From contig CALUTB010000002.1 of NCBI GenBank assembly GCA_944323575.1, positions 689 to 64,688 on the forward strand: a DNA stretch of 64,000 nucleotides. The letters run 5' to 3'. Below the pieces are notes generated by a model, which saw only the letters and a program-made list of their open reading frames with translations, made no database searches and had not been told where the DNA came from. Made by a program: the position numbers and the translations under genes. This DNA comes from an uncultured Mailhella sp. Its GTDB lineage: Bacteria; Desulfobacterota; Desulfovibrionia; Desulfovibrionales; Desulfovibrionaceae. Shown here one piece after another: positions 34,788 through 44,409 of this stretch; position 1 is the first letter of the stretch, and each line of letters begins with the position of its first letter.

Positions 34788-35350
34788 TCCTCTACCCCTC
34801 GATTTTCAGTTTCAGGAGCAGATTCCGCCTGCTCCCTCCGAAGCTTGGCCAGACGTATCACCTGCGACTGGCTTCGCTTGACTTCCTCCACTCTGATCCT
34901 GAACACGCGTTCCCGCGCCTCGCTGTACATATCAAGTGCCATGAGGCCGAGGGTATCGAGCCTGGATTCCATGGCAAGATAGTCGTTCAGGACGGAAAAG
35001 CCGGAACGTTCCGGTTTCAGGCATTCGGGCAGAACCTCGCTGCGCAGGATCTCCTTGAGCAGATACAGGGCGCCCACGGCCTTGGAGGGCGGCATGTCCT
35101 GCACGGCACGTATCCATATGAGGTCGTGGAGCGCCTGCTTCACGGTGGCGGAATCGGCGTCCATGCCGATGACGGCATCGAAGAGAATGCCCGCCGCCAT
35201 GCGCGTCGTTTCTCCCACGGGATTGGCGAAGCGATCCCTCTTTGTCCGCATGAACCCCTTGCTGTCAAGCGGATAGGTGGCGAAGAAACGGTTGACCCAT
35301 AGCTCCGTCAGCGCTTCGCGTCGGTTGCTGCACAGTTCTGTGATGTCCAT
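34784..35350 (-). CDS. RsbRD N-terminal-domain-like small cytoplasmic protein, translationally coupled to dsrM
   Basis: 188-aa ORF: ELWVNRFFATYPLDSKGFMRTKRDRFANPVGETT.. Its stop overlaps the dsrM ATG (ATGA, 34784-34787). Confidence 0.5.
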   Translation of the reverse strand: MDITELCSNRREALTELWVNRFFATYPLDSKGFMRTKRDRFANPVGETTRMAAGILFDAVIGMDADSATVKQALHDLIWIRAVQDMPPSKAVGALYLLKEILRSEVLPECLKPERSGFSVLNDYLAMESRLDTLGLMALDMYSEARERVFRIRVEEVKRSQSQVIRLAKLRREQAESAPETENRGVEE

Positions 35351-35505
35351 GTATGCCTGCGTGAATAATGGTGAAAAGACATGGCCGGGAAACGGCCGCT
35401 AATTTGGCAGAGATTAGCTTAACTTTCGGTGGGAGACAAGTCGGAATTATTGCGTCCTGCCGTGTTTTTCTCTGCAATGCCGGTGCATTGAAAAAAAAAG
35501 AGCGT

Positions 35506-36561
35506 TTATGGAACCTGAGGAATCATGCCGCTCGTGTCTATGAGACCGTCGGAAAAGTTCTGCTGCGGGACGTCTTCGCAGGGTTTTTCTCCGGTGCCGT
35601 CGCAGAAACCGGCCACGCCGAGACCGGGAATCTGCGGCATGTCGGTGCGGTACGGCTCCGGGAAGGCGTCGTCGAAGGCCGGCTCCTGCGCGGCGGACGC
35701 GGGAGGCTCGGCGAGAAAGGCGGGAACCCCCTTGAATTCCAGAAAGGGCAGTCTGTCGGAGCCGGCGGAAAGCACATGGGCGTGGTTGCGCCAGAGGCGC
35801 ACCTGAAGAAGCAGCATGTCGGGCCTGAGCAGGCCGGGACGGACGCCTGCATTCTCTTCGTCGCCGGAGTCGTCCGGTACGCTGCGGTCGGCTTCTTCCA
35901 CGGCCTGCGCCATGGAGAGGCCCTTTTCCAGCTGTTCCGTCATGGCGGCGATGACCAGAATGTCCCGTTCGTTCTCGGCCACGGGATACCATGCGGTGTC
36001 CTCAAGTTCTCCGGCACGGGCGAGAAGCGTGCGGCATGCGGGACAGCTCGGGGAGAAATAGATCTGCACGGAAGCGTCGCTGACGTCTGTTGCGGGCGAC
36101 CACGGCTCGGCAAGATCGCGCAGCACGCCGCCGAGGTCGATGACGAGCAGCACCGACCAGAGGATCAGCAGTACGGAGCGCTCCTTCCGTTCGGACGGCA
36201 CCGCGGCCCGAAAGGCCATGAAGGTGAGGGCGATGAACGAGGCCACGATGAGACAGTTCACACAGGGCGCCGTGAAGAGCATGATGCCGAGAAGCACGGC
36301 GTCCGCGGCAAGGGCGCACGCGGCGAGAAGAAGAGCGGCACGGGAGAGGCGCAGCAGGGCGAGGATAAGCAGAACCGCGAACAGAGCGGAACCGGCCTGC
36401 CAGAGAGAGACCCCCGCCAGACGGAAATCCTGGAACAGCGTGCATCCGTCGGTCAGACACAGGGACCGGCCGCCGGTGAAAAAGACCCACAGGCAGAAGA
36501 TAAGGCCCGCAAGGCAGACCGCTGCCGCAGCAAGGGGAAAGGGACGTGAGCTTTTGAGCAT
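35506..36561 (-). CDS. Vitamin K epoxide reductase (VKOR)-family membrane protein fused to a thioredoxin-like CxxC domain
   Basis: 351-aa ORF with about 5 predicted TM helices, loop cysteines SLCLTDGC, a membrane CxxC (TAPCVNCLIV), and after the last TM a soluble domain with IYFSPSCPACR. Confidence 0.65.
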   Translation of the reverse strand: MLKSSRPFPLAAAAVCLAGLIFCLWVFFTGGRSLCLTDGCTLFQDFRLAGVSLWQAGSALFAVLLILALLRLSRAALLLAACALAADAVLLGIMLFTAPCVNCLIVASFIALTFMAFRAAVPSERKERSVLLILWSVLLVIDLGGVLRDLAEPWSPATDVSDASVQIYFSPSCPACRTLLARAGELEDTAWYPVAENERDILVIAAMTEQLEKGLSMAQAVEEADRSVPDDSGDEENAGVRPGLLRPDMLLLQVRLWRNHAHVLSAGSDRLPFLEFKGVPAFLAEPPASAAQEPAFDDAFPEPYRTDMPQIPGLGVAGFCDGTGEKPCEDVPQQNFSDGLIDTSGMIPQVP

Positions 36562-36803
36562 GGCGGCTCCTTGATGTTTTTTTCTTCGGAAGTAGCGTAG
36601 TCATGTGGCCGCGTAAAGAGTTTTTTGCAGGCACGGTTCCGGGCGGCGTACTCCATTAAAAAACGGTATGCGGAGACAGGACATGATTTTTCCGGCGGTC
36701 TTCCGCGGAAGGAGCGCGGCCGGTACGGATCCGCGGGGTCGGAAGGGGACCTCTGGTCTGTCCTTTTCTTTTATGGTAAGCAGCGCGGAACAAGGAGAGC
36801 AAG

Positions 36804-37589
36804 ATGACCTATCCTTCCATAGATCCCGTGGCATTGTCCATCGGTCCGCTTCAGATGCACTGGTACGGACTCATGTATGTGTTCGCCTTTCTGACAGGCT
36901 GGCTGCTGGGACGCTTCCGCGCTTCCCGGTCCTGGTCGGCGTGGACGGCCGGAATGGTCGACGATTTCGTCACATGGGCCATGCTCGGCGTCATACTCGG
37001 CGCGAGGCTCGGCTATGTGCTGTTCTATGATCTTTCCGCCTATCTTGCCGATCCGGTGGAGATATTCCGCGTCTGGAACGGCGGCATGTCCTTCCACGGG
37101 GGGCTTGTCGGCGTGGTGACGGCAAGCTGGATCTGGGGCCGCAGACACGGCATGGGACTGCTGGATATGCTGGATTTCGTGGCGCCTCTTGTGCCTGCGG
37201 GACTGTTCTTCGGCCGCATCGGCAATTTCATCAACGGCGAACTTTGGGGTCGGGAGACGGACAGCTTCCTCGGCATGGTGTTTCCCGGCGCGGGACCTGT
37301 GCCGAGACACCCTTCCCAGCTTTACGAGGCGGGACTTGAAGGCGTGCTTCTGTTCCTCATTCTATGGATATATTCGTCGAAGCCCCGTCCGAGCGGCGCG
37401 GTGGCGGGACTGTTCGGCGTGCTCTATGCCGTGTTCCGCATGGGCGTGGAATTCTTCCGCGTGCCGGATGCCCAGCTCGGCTATCTGTTTGCCGGCTGGG
37501 TCACCATGGGACAGATGCTCTGTCTGCCGCTGCTTGCCGCCGGTCTGTGGCTGCTCGTCCGTGCGTACCGCGGGGAGGGAAGGGCATGA
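36804..37589 (+). CDS. lgt: Prolipoprotein diacylglyceryl transferase
   Basis: 261-aa ORF: IGPLQMHWYGLMYVFAFL..GGMSFHGGLVG..GRIGNFINGELWGR..HPSQLYE. Confidence 0.9.
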   Translation: MTYPSIDPVALSIGPLQMHWYGLMYVFAFLTGWLLGRFRASRSWSAWTAGMVDDFVTWAMLGVILGARLGYVLFYDLSAYLADPVEIFRVWNGGMSFHGGLVGVVTASWIWGRRHGMGLLDMLDFVAPLVPAGLFFGRIGNFINGELWGRETDSFLGMVFPGAGPVPRHPSQLYEAGLEGVLLFLILWIYSSKPRPSGAVAGLFGVLYAVFRMGVEFFRVPDAQLGYLFAGWVTMGQMLCLPLLAAGLWLLVRAYRGEGRA

Positions 37590-38953
37590 AGACGCTTCTG
37601 GCCGGCGGACTTCTCATCACCATGGATCGGGAACGGCGCGTGCTGACCGGCGACGTTCTGGTGGAGAATGACCGCATAGCCGCCGTGCTGCCGCGCGACG
37701 ACGGACAGCTGTTCCGGCCCGACGGGGAGACGGAAGTCGTGGACGTGAGCGGCATGACCGTGATCCCCGGTCTTGTTCAGGCGCATATGCACGTGACGCA
37801 GGCCCTGTTCCGCGGTCTGTGCGACGATCTTGCGCTCATGGATTGGCTGCGCGAGCGCACCTGGCCCATGGAGGCCGCGCATACGGCGGAGAGCAACGCG
37901 GCTTCGGCCAGACTGGCGGCCATGGAGCTCATCCGCAGCGGTACGACCTCGCTCGTCGACATGGGGACGACTCTGCACGAGGACGCCGTTTTCGAAGTCA
38001 TGGCCGAAACAGGACTGCGTGGTCTTTTCGGCAAGTGCATGATGGACATGGGCGATGATCTGCCCTCCCTCATGCGGGAGGATACGGCCGCCTGTCTGCG
38101 CGAGACCGAGCGTCTCATCCGGCGCTGGCACATGGCGGAGAACGGGCGTCTGCGCTATGCCGTGGCTCCCCGTTTTGTGCCGTCCTGTTCGGAAAAGCTG
38201 CTTTTGTCCGCGCGCGATCTCGCCCGGCAGAACGGACTGCGTCTGCATACACACGCCTCGGAAAATCTTGGTGAGATCGCGCTGGTGGAAGCGCGTTGTC
38301 ATGAGCGCAACGTGCGCTGTCTCGACCGCATGGGCTATACCGGCGAGGACGTGATCCTTGCCCACTGCATCTGGCTGGACGATGGGGAGAAACGCATTCT
38401 TGCCGAAACCGGCACGCACGTGGCGCACTGTCCGTCCTCCAACACGAAGATGTCGTCCGGCTTCGCTCCCGTGGCGGAACTCAGGGCCATGGGTGCGAAC
38501 GTGGCGATCGGTCTCGACGGAGCGCACGATCACATGGACGGCCTCATGGAAGTCAGACAGGCATCCATCCTTCAGAAGGCGCTTACCCATGATCCGAAGG
38601 CATTGCCTGCCCTTCAGGCGCTGGAGCTTGCCACGCTTGGCGGCGCGGCGGCCATGGGGCAGGCCGACGATCTCGGCAGTCTGGAGCCGGGCAAGAAGGC
38701 CGATCTCGCAGTGCTGGATATGGATATGCCCCATTCGCTTCCCGCCTGGGGACGCGATCCCGTGCAGCGGGTGGTGTATCAGGCCACGCGCGAGAACGTG
38801 GTTCATACCATGGTGGACGGTCGCTTCCTGTACCGCGACCGTAAATTTCTGACGCTGGATCCGGTCAAAACTCTCGCCGATGCGGAAAAACGGTGCGCGG
38901 AGGTCATGAGGCGGGGAAATCTCGCGCCGGTATCCGGATTCTTCTGCCGCTGA
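37586..38953 (+). CDS. Amidohydrolase, MTA/SAH- or nucleoside-deaminase-like (MtaD/TrzA family)
   Basis: The track ORF is 37364..38953. The start is trimmed to ATG at 37586, which overlaps the lgt stop (ATGA). Sequence: MKTLLAGGLLITMD..VIPGLVQAHMHVTQ..HTHASEN..AHC..GLDGA. The metal-ligand pattern matches the amidohydrolase superfamily. Confidence 0.65.
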   Translation: MKTLLAGGLLITMDRERRVLTGDVLVENDRIAAVLPRDDGQLFRPDGETEVVDVSGMTVIPGLVQAHMHVTQALFRGLCDDLALMDWLRERTWPMEAAHTAESNAASARLAAMELIRSGTTSLVDMGTTLHEDAVFEVMAETGLRGLFGKCMMDMGDDLPSLMREDTAACLRETERLIRRWHMAENGRLRYAVAPRFVPSCSEKLLLSARDLARQNGLRLHTHASENLGEIALVEARCHERNVRCLDRMGYTGEDVILAHCIWLDDGEKRILAETGTHVAHCPSSNTKMSSGFAPVAELRAMGANVAIGLDGAHDHMDGLMEVRQASILQKALTHDPKALPALQALELATLGGAAAMGQADDLGSLEPGKKADLAVLDMDMPHSLPAWGRDPVQRVVYQATRENVVHTMVDGRFLYRDRKFLTLDPVKTLADAEKRCAEVMRRGNLAPVSGFFCR

Positions 38954-39416
38954 GCCTGCCCCCGCAGGGAAAAGGACACAAGGAAAACGGAGCGGTCGTA
39001 CCTCCGGCAGGCGGCATACAGACCTTTCCGACGTGAGTCGTTCAGCCAGGCGGAACGACGAGTCCCTGCGGAGCGGACGGCGGATGCGTTTTGCGTCGCT
39101 CCGACCCGGTCGAAAAGGAGGAAGGCTCCGGCGGGGAACGTTTCGTCTCCGGTATCCTGGAAGCTCTCTGCATGGCTGAAGCTGAGGACCCGGGCACGGA
39201 AAACAGAGGGAAAGCCGTATTGCGACTGTTTTCTCAAACAAGAAGCCTTCGTTTGTTTCCAGGGGAGGCTTACAGAAAGAAAACGGTGAAAAAACGCATG
39301 ATATTCTCTTTGTACCTTCCTCGGAACCGACTCTGGACTTGCCGCCGGAAGTGTGTTCTACTCAAAGTTATTAAAAGGGATACTGCTGTCCTTTTTTTGT
39401 CAGACACTGAAAGACT

Positions 39417-39445
39417 TTTACTGCTCCATGCGAAAAAGATATAAT
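39417..39445 (+). promoter_or_regulatory. Candidate sigma70-type promoter for the hdr-flx operon
   Basis: TTTACT (39417-39422), a 17-nt spacer, then TATAAT (39440-39445), about 40 nt upstream of the hdrC ATG within an AT-rich stretch. Confidence 0.35.
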
Positions 39446-39485
39446 GATTTCAGCTGGTATGAAAAAGTCTTCAAGGGGAGTCTCT

Positions 39486-40043
39486 ATGAACATCACTAGG
39501 CTTGATAAAGCCAGGGACCTGAAGTTCAAGCGTCAGGTCGAAGAAGAGAGCGGTCAGAATCTGTCGACTTGCTATCAATGCGGCAAGTGTACGGCAGGCT
39601 GTCCCGGCGCTCAGGTCTATGACCGTCAGGTCAGCCAGATCATGCACGCCGTCCAGCTGGGTCTCAAGGAAGAGGCCCTGAAGAACCGTTCGCTGTGGCT
39701 GTGTCTGTCGTGTTCGACCTGCAGCGCCCGCTGCCCCAACAACATCGACGTGGCCGCGGTCATGGAAACGCTGCGTATGATGGCCCGTCGTGAGGGCTGG
39801 GTGCAGGATCGTCCCATCGAATCCTTCTGGAAGGCGTTTCTGGATACCGTGCACGCCACGGGCCGTTCCTACGAGCTTGGCGTCATGGCCGACTACATGG
39901 GCCGCACGCTGCGCGGCTGGGGCAATCTGGAGATCGCCCCCATGGCGCTCAGAAAGAACAAGATGCCCTTCATTCCCTCCGTCATCCACGGGCGCAAGGA
40001 AGTGGCGCGCATTTTCAAGCGCTATGCGGAAAAGAGGAGCTGA
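39486..40043 (+). CDS. hdrC: Heterodisulfide reductase subunit C
   Basis: The track ORF is 39444..40043. The ATG at 39486 is preceded by AAGGGGAG. Two 4Fe-4S motifs: CYQCGKCTAGCP and CLSCSTCSARCP. Confidence 0.85.
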   Translation: MNITRLDKARDLKFKRQVEEESGQNLSTCYQCGKCTAGCPGAQVYDRQVSQIMHAVQLGLKEEALKNRSLWLCLSCSTCSARCPNNIDVAAVMETLRMMARREGWVQDRPIESFWKAFLDTVHATGRSYELGVMADYMGRTLRGWGNLEIAPMALRKNKMPFIPSVIHGRKEVARIFKRYAEKRS

Positions 40044-40046
40044 GCC

Positions 40047-40997
40047 ATGAAATACGCCTATTATCCCGGCTGTTCGGGCCACGGCACCTCTGTGGAGTAC
40101 GAAGCCTCCACCCGCGCGGTGTGCAGGGCGCTGAACATGGATCTTGTGGAAATCGAGGACTGGAACTGCTGCGGCTCCACGCCTGCGCATTCCGTGAGTC
40201 ACGAACTTTCCGCCGCGCTTTCCGCCCGCAATCTGATGCAGGCTTCGAAAACCGGCGCCGACTGCGTGATTTCCCCCTGCCCGAGCTGTTCTTCCAATCT
40301 GAAGATGGCCCGTTACCGCATGCAGAAGCCCGCCTTCAAGGCCCGTGTGGACGAGCTGCTCGACGCTCCCACTCCGGCCAACGCCGAGGGCGGAGCCGAT
40401 CTCATGGAAACCTGTTCCGTGCTGCAGGCCATCGTGGAGAACGTGGGGCTGGAGAACATCGCCTCCCGCGTGAGCTATCCTCTTGAAGGCATCAAGGTCG
40501 TTACCTACTACGGCTGTCTTCTGAGCCGTCCCGTCCAGGTGGCGAAGTTCGACGATCCGGAAAATCCCGTGTCGCTCGACAACATCATGAAGGCGCTCGG
40601 CGCGGAAGTGCTTCCCTTCGCCCTGAAGACCGAATGCTGCGGCGCGGCCATGGGCATTCCGGATGTGAACATTCCCGGTTCGCTGAGCGGCCGTATCCTC
40701 GATACGGCGAAGGCCGTGGGCGCCGAAGCGGTCATCACCGCCTGCCCGCTCTGCCACATGAATCTCGATCTGCGCCAGCGCCAGGCTGCCCGGATTTCCG
40801 GAAAGCCCTTCTTCGGCCTGCCGGTGTTCTACTACACCCAGATGATCGCGCTCGCCTTCGGTCTGCCCAAGGACGCCATGCGTCTGGACAAGCTGGCCGT
40901 CAATCCCTATCCCCTTCTGGACAAGATCGCCGAACGCCGCAAGGTTCGTGTTTCCGCCGAGCTTGAAGCCATGAAGGCCGCAGGAGCCGCATCATGA
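40047..40997 (+). CDS. hdrB: Heterodisulfide reductase subunit B (two CCG domains)
   Basis: 316-aa ORF: MKYAYYPGCSGHG..WNCCGS..SPCPSC..YYGCLLSRP..TECCGA..ACPLCHMNLD. Confidence 0.85.
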   Translation: MKYAYYPGCSGHGTSVEYEASTRAVCRALNMDLVEIEDWNCCGSTPAHSVSHELSAALSARNLMQASKTGADCVISPCPSCSSNLKMARYRMQKPAFKARVDELLDAPTPANAEGGADLMETCSVLQAIVENVGLENIASRVSYPLEGIKVVTYYGCLLSRPVQVAKFDDPENPVSLDNIMKALGAEVLPFALKTECCGAAMGIPDVNIPGSLSGRILDTAKAVGAEAVITACPLCHMNLDLRQRQAARISGKPFFGLPVFYYTQMIALAFGLPKDAMRLDKLAVNPYPLLDKIAERRKVRVSAELEAMKAAGAAS

Positions 40998-42967
40998 AAA
41001 TCGGCGTATTCGTCTGTCACTGTGGCAGCAACATCGAAGCGACGGTGGATACCGCCACGGTTGCCAAGATCGCGCTGACCTATCCCGATGTCGTGTTCTC
41101 CGAAGACACCATGTACACCTGCTCCGAACCCGGACAGGAAAACATCGTTCAGGCCATCAAGAAGCACGGCCTCGACGGCGTGGTGGTGGCTTCCTGCTCT
41201 CCCCGCATGCATGAGCCGACCTTCCGCCGCACCGTGGAACGCGCCGGTCTCAACCGCTATATGTTCGAAATGGCCAACATCCGCGAGCATGTATCGTGGA
41301 TCGGCCGCGATCGCGAAGCCAATACCAACAAGGCTGCCGAACTGGTGCGCCTTGCCGTGGAAAAGCTGCGCCGCAACGCGCCTCTCTACGCCAAGCAGTT
41401 CGATGTGACCAAGCGCGTGCTGGTCATCGGCGGCGGCGTGGCCGGCATTCAGGCCGCTCTTGATGCGGCCGAGTCCGGCATAGGCGTGGTCATGGTGGAA
41501 CGCGAAAGCACCATCGGCGGCAAGATGGCCAAGCTCGACAAGACCTTCCCCACCATCGACTGCTCAAGCTGCGTGCTCGCGCCCAAGATGGTGGACGTGG
41601 CCCAGAACCCGAACATCACGCTCTATGCCCATTCCGAGGTGGAGAGCATTTCCGGCTTCGTGGGCAACTTCACCGTGAAGATCAGAAAGCGCGCCACCTA
41701 CGTCGACTGGGACAAGTGCACCGGCTGCGGAACCTGCACCGAAAAGTGCCCCACGAAGAACGTGCCCGACGCCTTCAATGAAGACATCAGCACCTGCCGC
41801 GCCATCAACATTCCCTTCCCGCAGGCCATTCCCAAGAAGGCCACCATCAATCCCGACTACTGCCGCAAGATCAAGGAAGGCAAGTGCGGCGTGTGCGCCA
41901 AGGTGTGCCCCACGGGCGCCATCGTGTACGATATGGTGGATGAGATCGTGGAGGAAAAGGTGGGTGCCATCATTGCGGCCACCGGCTACGACCTCGTGGA
42001 CTGGACCGTGTACAAGGAATACGGCGGCGGCACCTATCCCGACGTCATCACGAGTCTGCAGTACGAGCGCATGATGTCCGCCTCCGGTCCCACCGCCGGG
42101 CACATTCATCGTCCCTCCGACGGCATGGAGCCGAAGAACATTGTGTTCATCCAGTGCGTGGGTTCCCGCGACTGCTCCATCGGCCGCCCGTACTGTTCCG
42201 GCTTCTGCTGCATGTACACGGCCAAGCAGGCCATCATGACCAAGGATCATCTGCCGGATGCCGAAGCGTTCGTGTTCTACATGGACATTCGCGCGCCGGG
42301 CAAGATGTATGACGAATTCACCCGCCGCGCTCAGGAAGAGTACGGCGTGCAGTACATCCGCGGCCGCGTGTCCGCCATCCAGCCTACGGTTCGTCCGGAC
42401 GGCAGGGTGGGCTACATCGTGCGCGGCGCCGATACGCTGCTCGGCGAGTCCGTCGAGGTCGACGCCGACATGGTCGTGCTCGCCGTGGGAGTGGAAGGCT
42501 CGAAGGGCGCGGGAAATCTGGCCGAAAAGCTGCGCATTTCCTATGATCACTACGGATTCTTCATGGAAAGCCATGTGAAGCTGCGTCCCGTGGAAACCAA
42601 CACCGCAGGCGTCTATCTCGCCGGCGTGTGCCAGGGCCCCAAGGACATTCCCGCATCCGTGGCGCAGGGCAGCGCCGCGGCCGCCAAGGTCATGGCCCTG
42701 TTTTCCAAGCCCAAGCTGGAGAACGACCCGCAGGTGTCCGTGGTGGACATCAAGCGCTGCGTCGCCTGCGGCAAGTGCATTCAGGTCTGCCCCTATCAGG
42801 CCATCGAGGAAGTGGAGATCCGCGGCCAGAAGAAGGCCCACGTGATCGAAACCGTCTGTCAGGGCTGCGGCGTATGCACGGCCACCTGCCCGCAGGGCGC
42901 CATTCAGGTCGCCCACTTCACTGACAATCAGCTTCTCGCGGAGGTGAACGCCCTATGTCTGTCTTAG
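40994..42967 (+). CDS. hdrA: Heterodisulfide reductase subunit A (FAD/FeS)
   Basis: 657-aa ORF: MKIGVFVCHCGSNI, dinucleotide fold VLVIGGGVAGIQAAL, ferredoxin motifs CTGCGTCTEKCP, CGVCAKVCP, CVACGKCIQVCP, CQGCGVCTATCP. It overlaps hdrB by 4 nt. Confidence 0.9.
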   Translation: MKIGVFVCHCGSNIEATVDTATVAKIALTYPDVVFSEDTMYTCSEPGQENIVQAIKKHGLDGVVVASCSPRMHEPTFRRTVERAGLNRYMFEMANIREHVSWIGRDREANTNKAAELVRLAVEKLRRNAPLYAKQFDVTKRVLVIGGGVAGIQAALDAAESGIGVVMVERESTIGGKMAKLDKTFPTIDCSSCVLAPKMVDVAQNPNITLYAHSEVESISGFVGNFTVKIRKRATYVDWDKCTGCGTCTEKCPTKNVPDAFNEDISTCRAINIPFPQAIPKKATINPDYCRKIKEGKCGVCAKVCPTGAIVYDMVDEIVEEKVGAIIAATGYDLVDWTVYKEYGGGTYPDVITSLQYERMMSASGPTAGHIHRPSDGMEPKNIVFIQCVGSRDCSIGRPYCSGFCCMYTAKQAIMTKDHLPDAEAFVFYMDIRAPGKMYDEFTRRAQEEYGVQYIRGRVSAIQPTVRPDGRVGYIVRGADTLLGESVEVDADMVVLAVGVEGSKGAGNLAEKLRISYDHYGFFMESHVKLRPVETNTAGVYLAGVCQGPKDIPASVAQGSAAAAKVMALFSKPKLENDPQVSVVDIKRCVACGKCIQVCPYQAIEEVEIRGQKKAHVIETVCQGCGVCTATCPQGAIQVAHFTDNQLLAEVNALCLS

Positions 42968-44409
42968 CCGGCAAGGAGCTTCGCATCGTAGGTTTTCTGT
43001 GTAACTGGTGCTCTTACGGCGGCGCCGATACGGCCGGTACCGCCCGCGCCGTGCAGCCTACCGACCTTCGCATCATCCGCGTCCCCTGTTCCGGCCGCGT
43101 GAACCCTCTTTTCGTGCTCAAGGCCCTCATCAACGGGGCCGACGGCGTGCTGGTGTCGGGCTGCCATCCGCGCGACTGCCACTATTCCGCGGGCAACTAC
43201 TATGCCCGTCGCCGACTGGAACTGCTCAAGGAATTCCTGCCCGTCATCGGCATCAATCCCGACAGATTCGAGTACACCTGGGTTTCCGCTTCCGAAGGCC
43301 AGCGCTGGAAGGACGTGGTCACCAACTTTACGAACCGCATCCATGCGCTCGGACCGGCTCCCCGCTGGGAGGACGTGCCCGCCCGTTATGATCGCCCCGA
43401 GGAACTCATCGAATCCATCCGTCCTCTCGGCTGCGGCGAACATCCTGCGCTGCCTGAACTCAGACAGGCCGTCAAGGACGCTCTTGCCGAAGGCCTTGAA
43501 GGCGTGCTCGGCTGGAAGAAGGGCTTTGATGCCGTTCATGCCGAACCCGTGTTCATGACCACGCCCGAGGAAGTGGATTCCCTGATCTGGGGACCCTTCA
43601 ACGTGCATAATCTCGCCGTGTATCTGCCCCAGTACAAGGGACGGAAGATCGGCGTGGTGGTCAAGGGCTGCGACAGCAAGGGCGTTGTGGAACTTCTGGC
43701 CGAAAATCTCATTTCCCGCGAGGACGTGAAAATCTTCGGCATGGGCTGCAACGGCACCGTGAGTCTGCCCCGTATTCTTGCAAAGCTTCCCGAAGGCGTG
43801 AAGATCGAATCCTGCACCGGTCGCGGCAACAAGATCACGGTTACCGCCGGAGGTCAGGACTACGAAATGACCATGGCGGAAGTGGCGCAGGACAAGTGCC
43901 GTCTGTGCACCAAACCCAACGCCGTGCTTTCCGACGTGTTCGTGGGAACTCCCACCACCGAACCCGCGGCTCCGGCCGACGGCCGTCTTCCCGGGCTGCG
44001 CTTCCTTGATTCCCTGAGTCTTGAGGAGCGCATGGGCTACTGGAAGGGACAGATGGAACGCTGCATCGCCTGCCATGCCTGCCGGGGTGCCTGTCCCATG
44101 TGCGTGTGCCGCGACTACTGCGTGTCCGATACGCGCGATCCCGCGTGGGTCACGCAGGAGGACACCGTGCAGCAGAAGCTGTTCTTCCAGCTCATCCACG
44201 CCCAGCATCTCGCCGGTCGCTGCACGGGCTGCACCGAATGCGAACGAGCCTGTCCCATGGACATCCCCGTATTCGCACTTAAGCAGCAGTTCGGCCGCAT
44301 GATTCAGAAGATCTTCAGCTACGGCGCAGGCCTTGATGTGAATGCCACGCCTCCGCTGCTCACCTATCAGGTGGAAGAACCGACTATCAAGGAGCATGAT
44401 CTGGCATGA
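42955..44409 (+). CDS. MvhD/FlxD-like domain fused to a FlxC-like 2x[4Fe-4S] protein
   Basis: 484-aa ORF. The N-terminal ~140 aa are MvhD-like (RIVGFLCNWCSYGGADTAG..IRVPCSGRV..VSGCHPRDCHY). The C-terminus carries CIACHACRGACPMC and CTGCTECERACP. It overlaps hdrA by 13 nt. Confidence 0.7.
   Translation: MSVLAGKELRIVGFLCNWCSYGGADTAGTARAVQPTDLRIIRVPCSGRVNPLFVLKALINGADGVLVSGCHPRDCHYSAGNYYARRRLELLKEFLPVIGINPDRFEYTWVSASEGQRWKDVVTNFTNRIHALGPAPRWEDVPARYDRPEELIESIRPLGCGEHPALPELRQAVKDALAEGLEGVLGWKKGFDAVHAEPVFMTTPEEVDSLIWGPFNVHNLAVYLPQYKGRKIGVVVKGCDSKGVVELLAENLISREDVKIFGMGCNGTVSLPRILAKLPEGVKIESCTGRGNKITVTAGGQDYEMTMAEVAQDKCRLCTKPNAVLSDVFVGTPTTEPAAPADGRLPGLRFLDSLSLEERMGYWKGQMERCIACHACRGACPMCVCRDYCVSDTRDPAWVTQEDTVQQKLFFQLIHAQHLAGRCTGCTECERACPMDIPVFALKQQFGRMIQKIFSYGAGLDVNATPPLLTYQVEEPTIKEHDLA

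Noticed and set aside
35473-35490. A sigma54-like -24/-12 element on the minus strand upstream of the RsbRD_N-dsrM operon (aTGCAC-cggca-TTGCA).
   Set aside because: The near-invariant GG of the -24 box is TG here. The same bases also form a simple hairpin (CAATGC-cggt-GCATTG) next to an A9/T9 run, so the resemblance is probably fortuitous.
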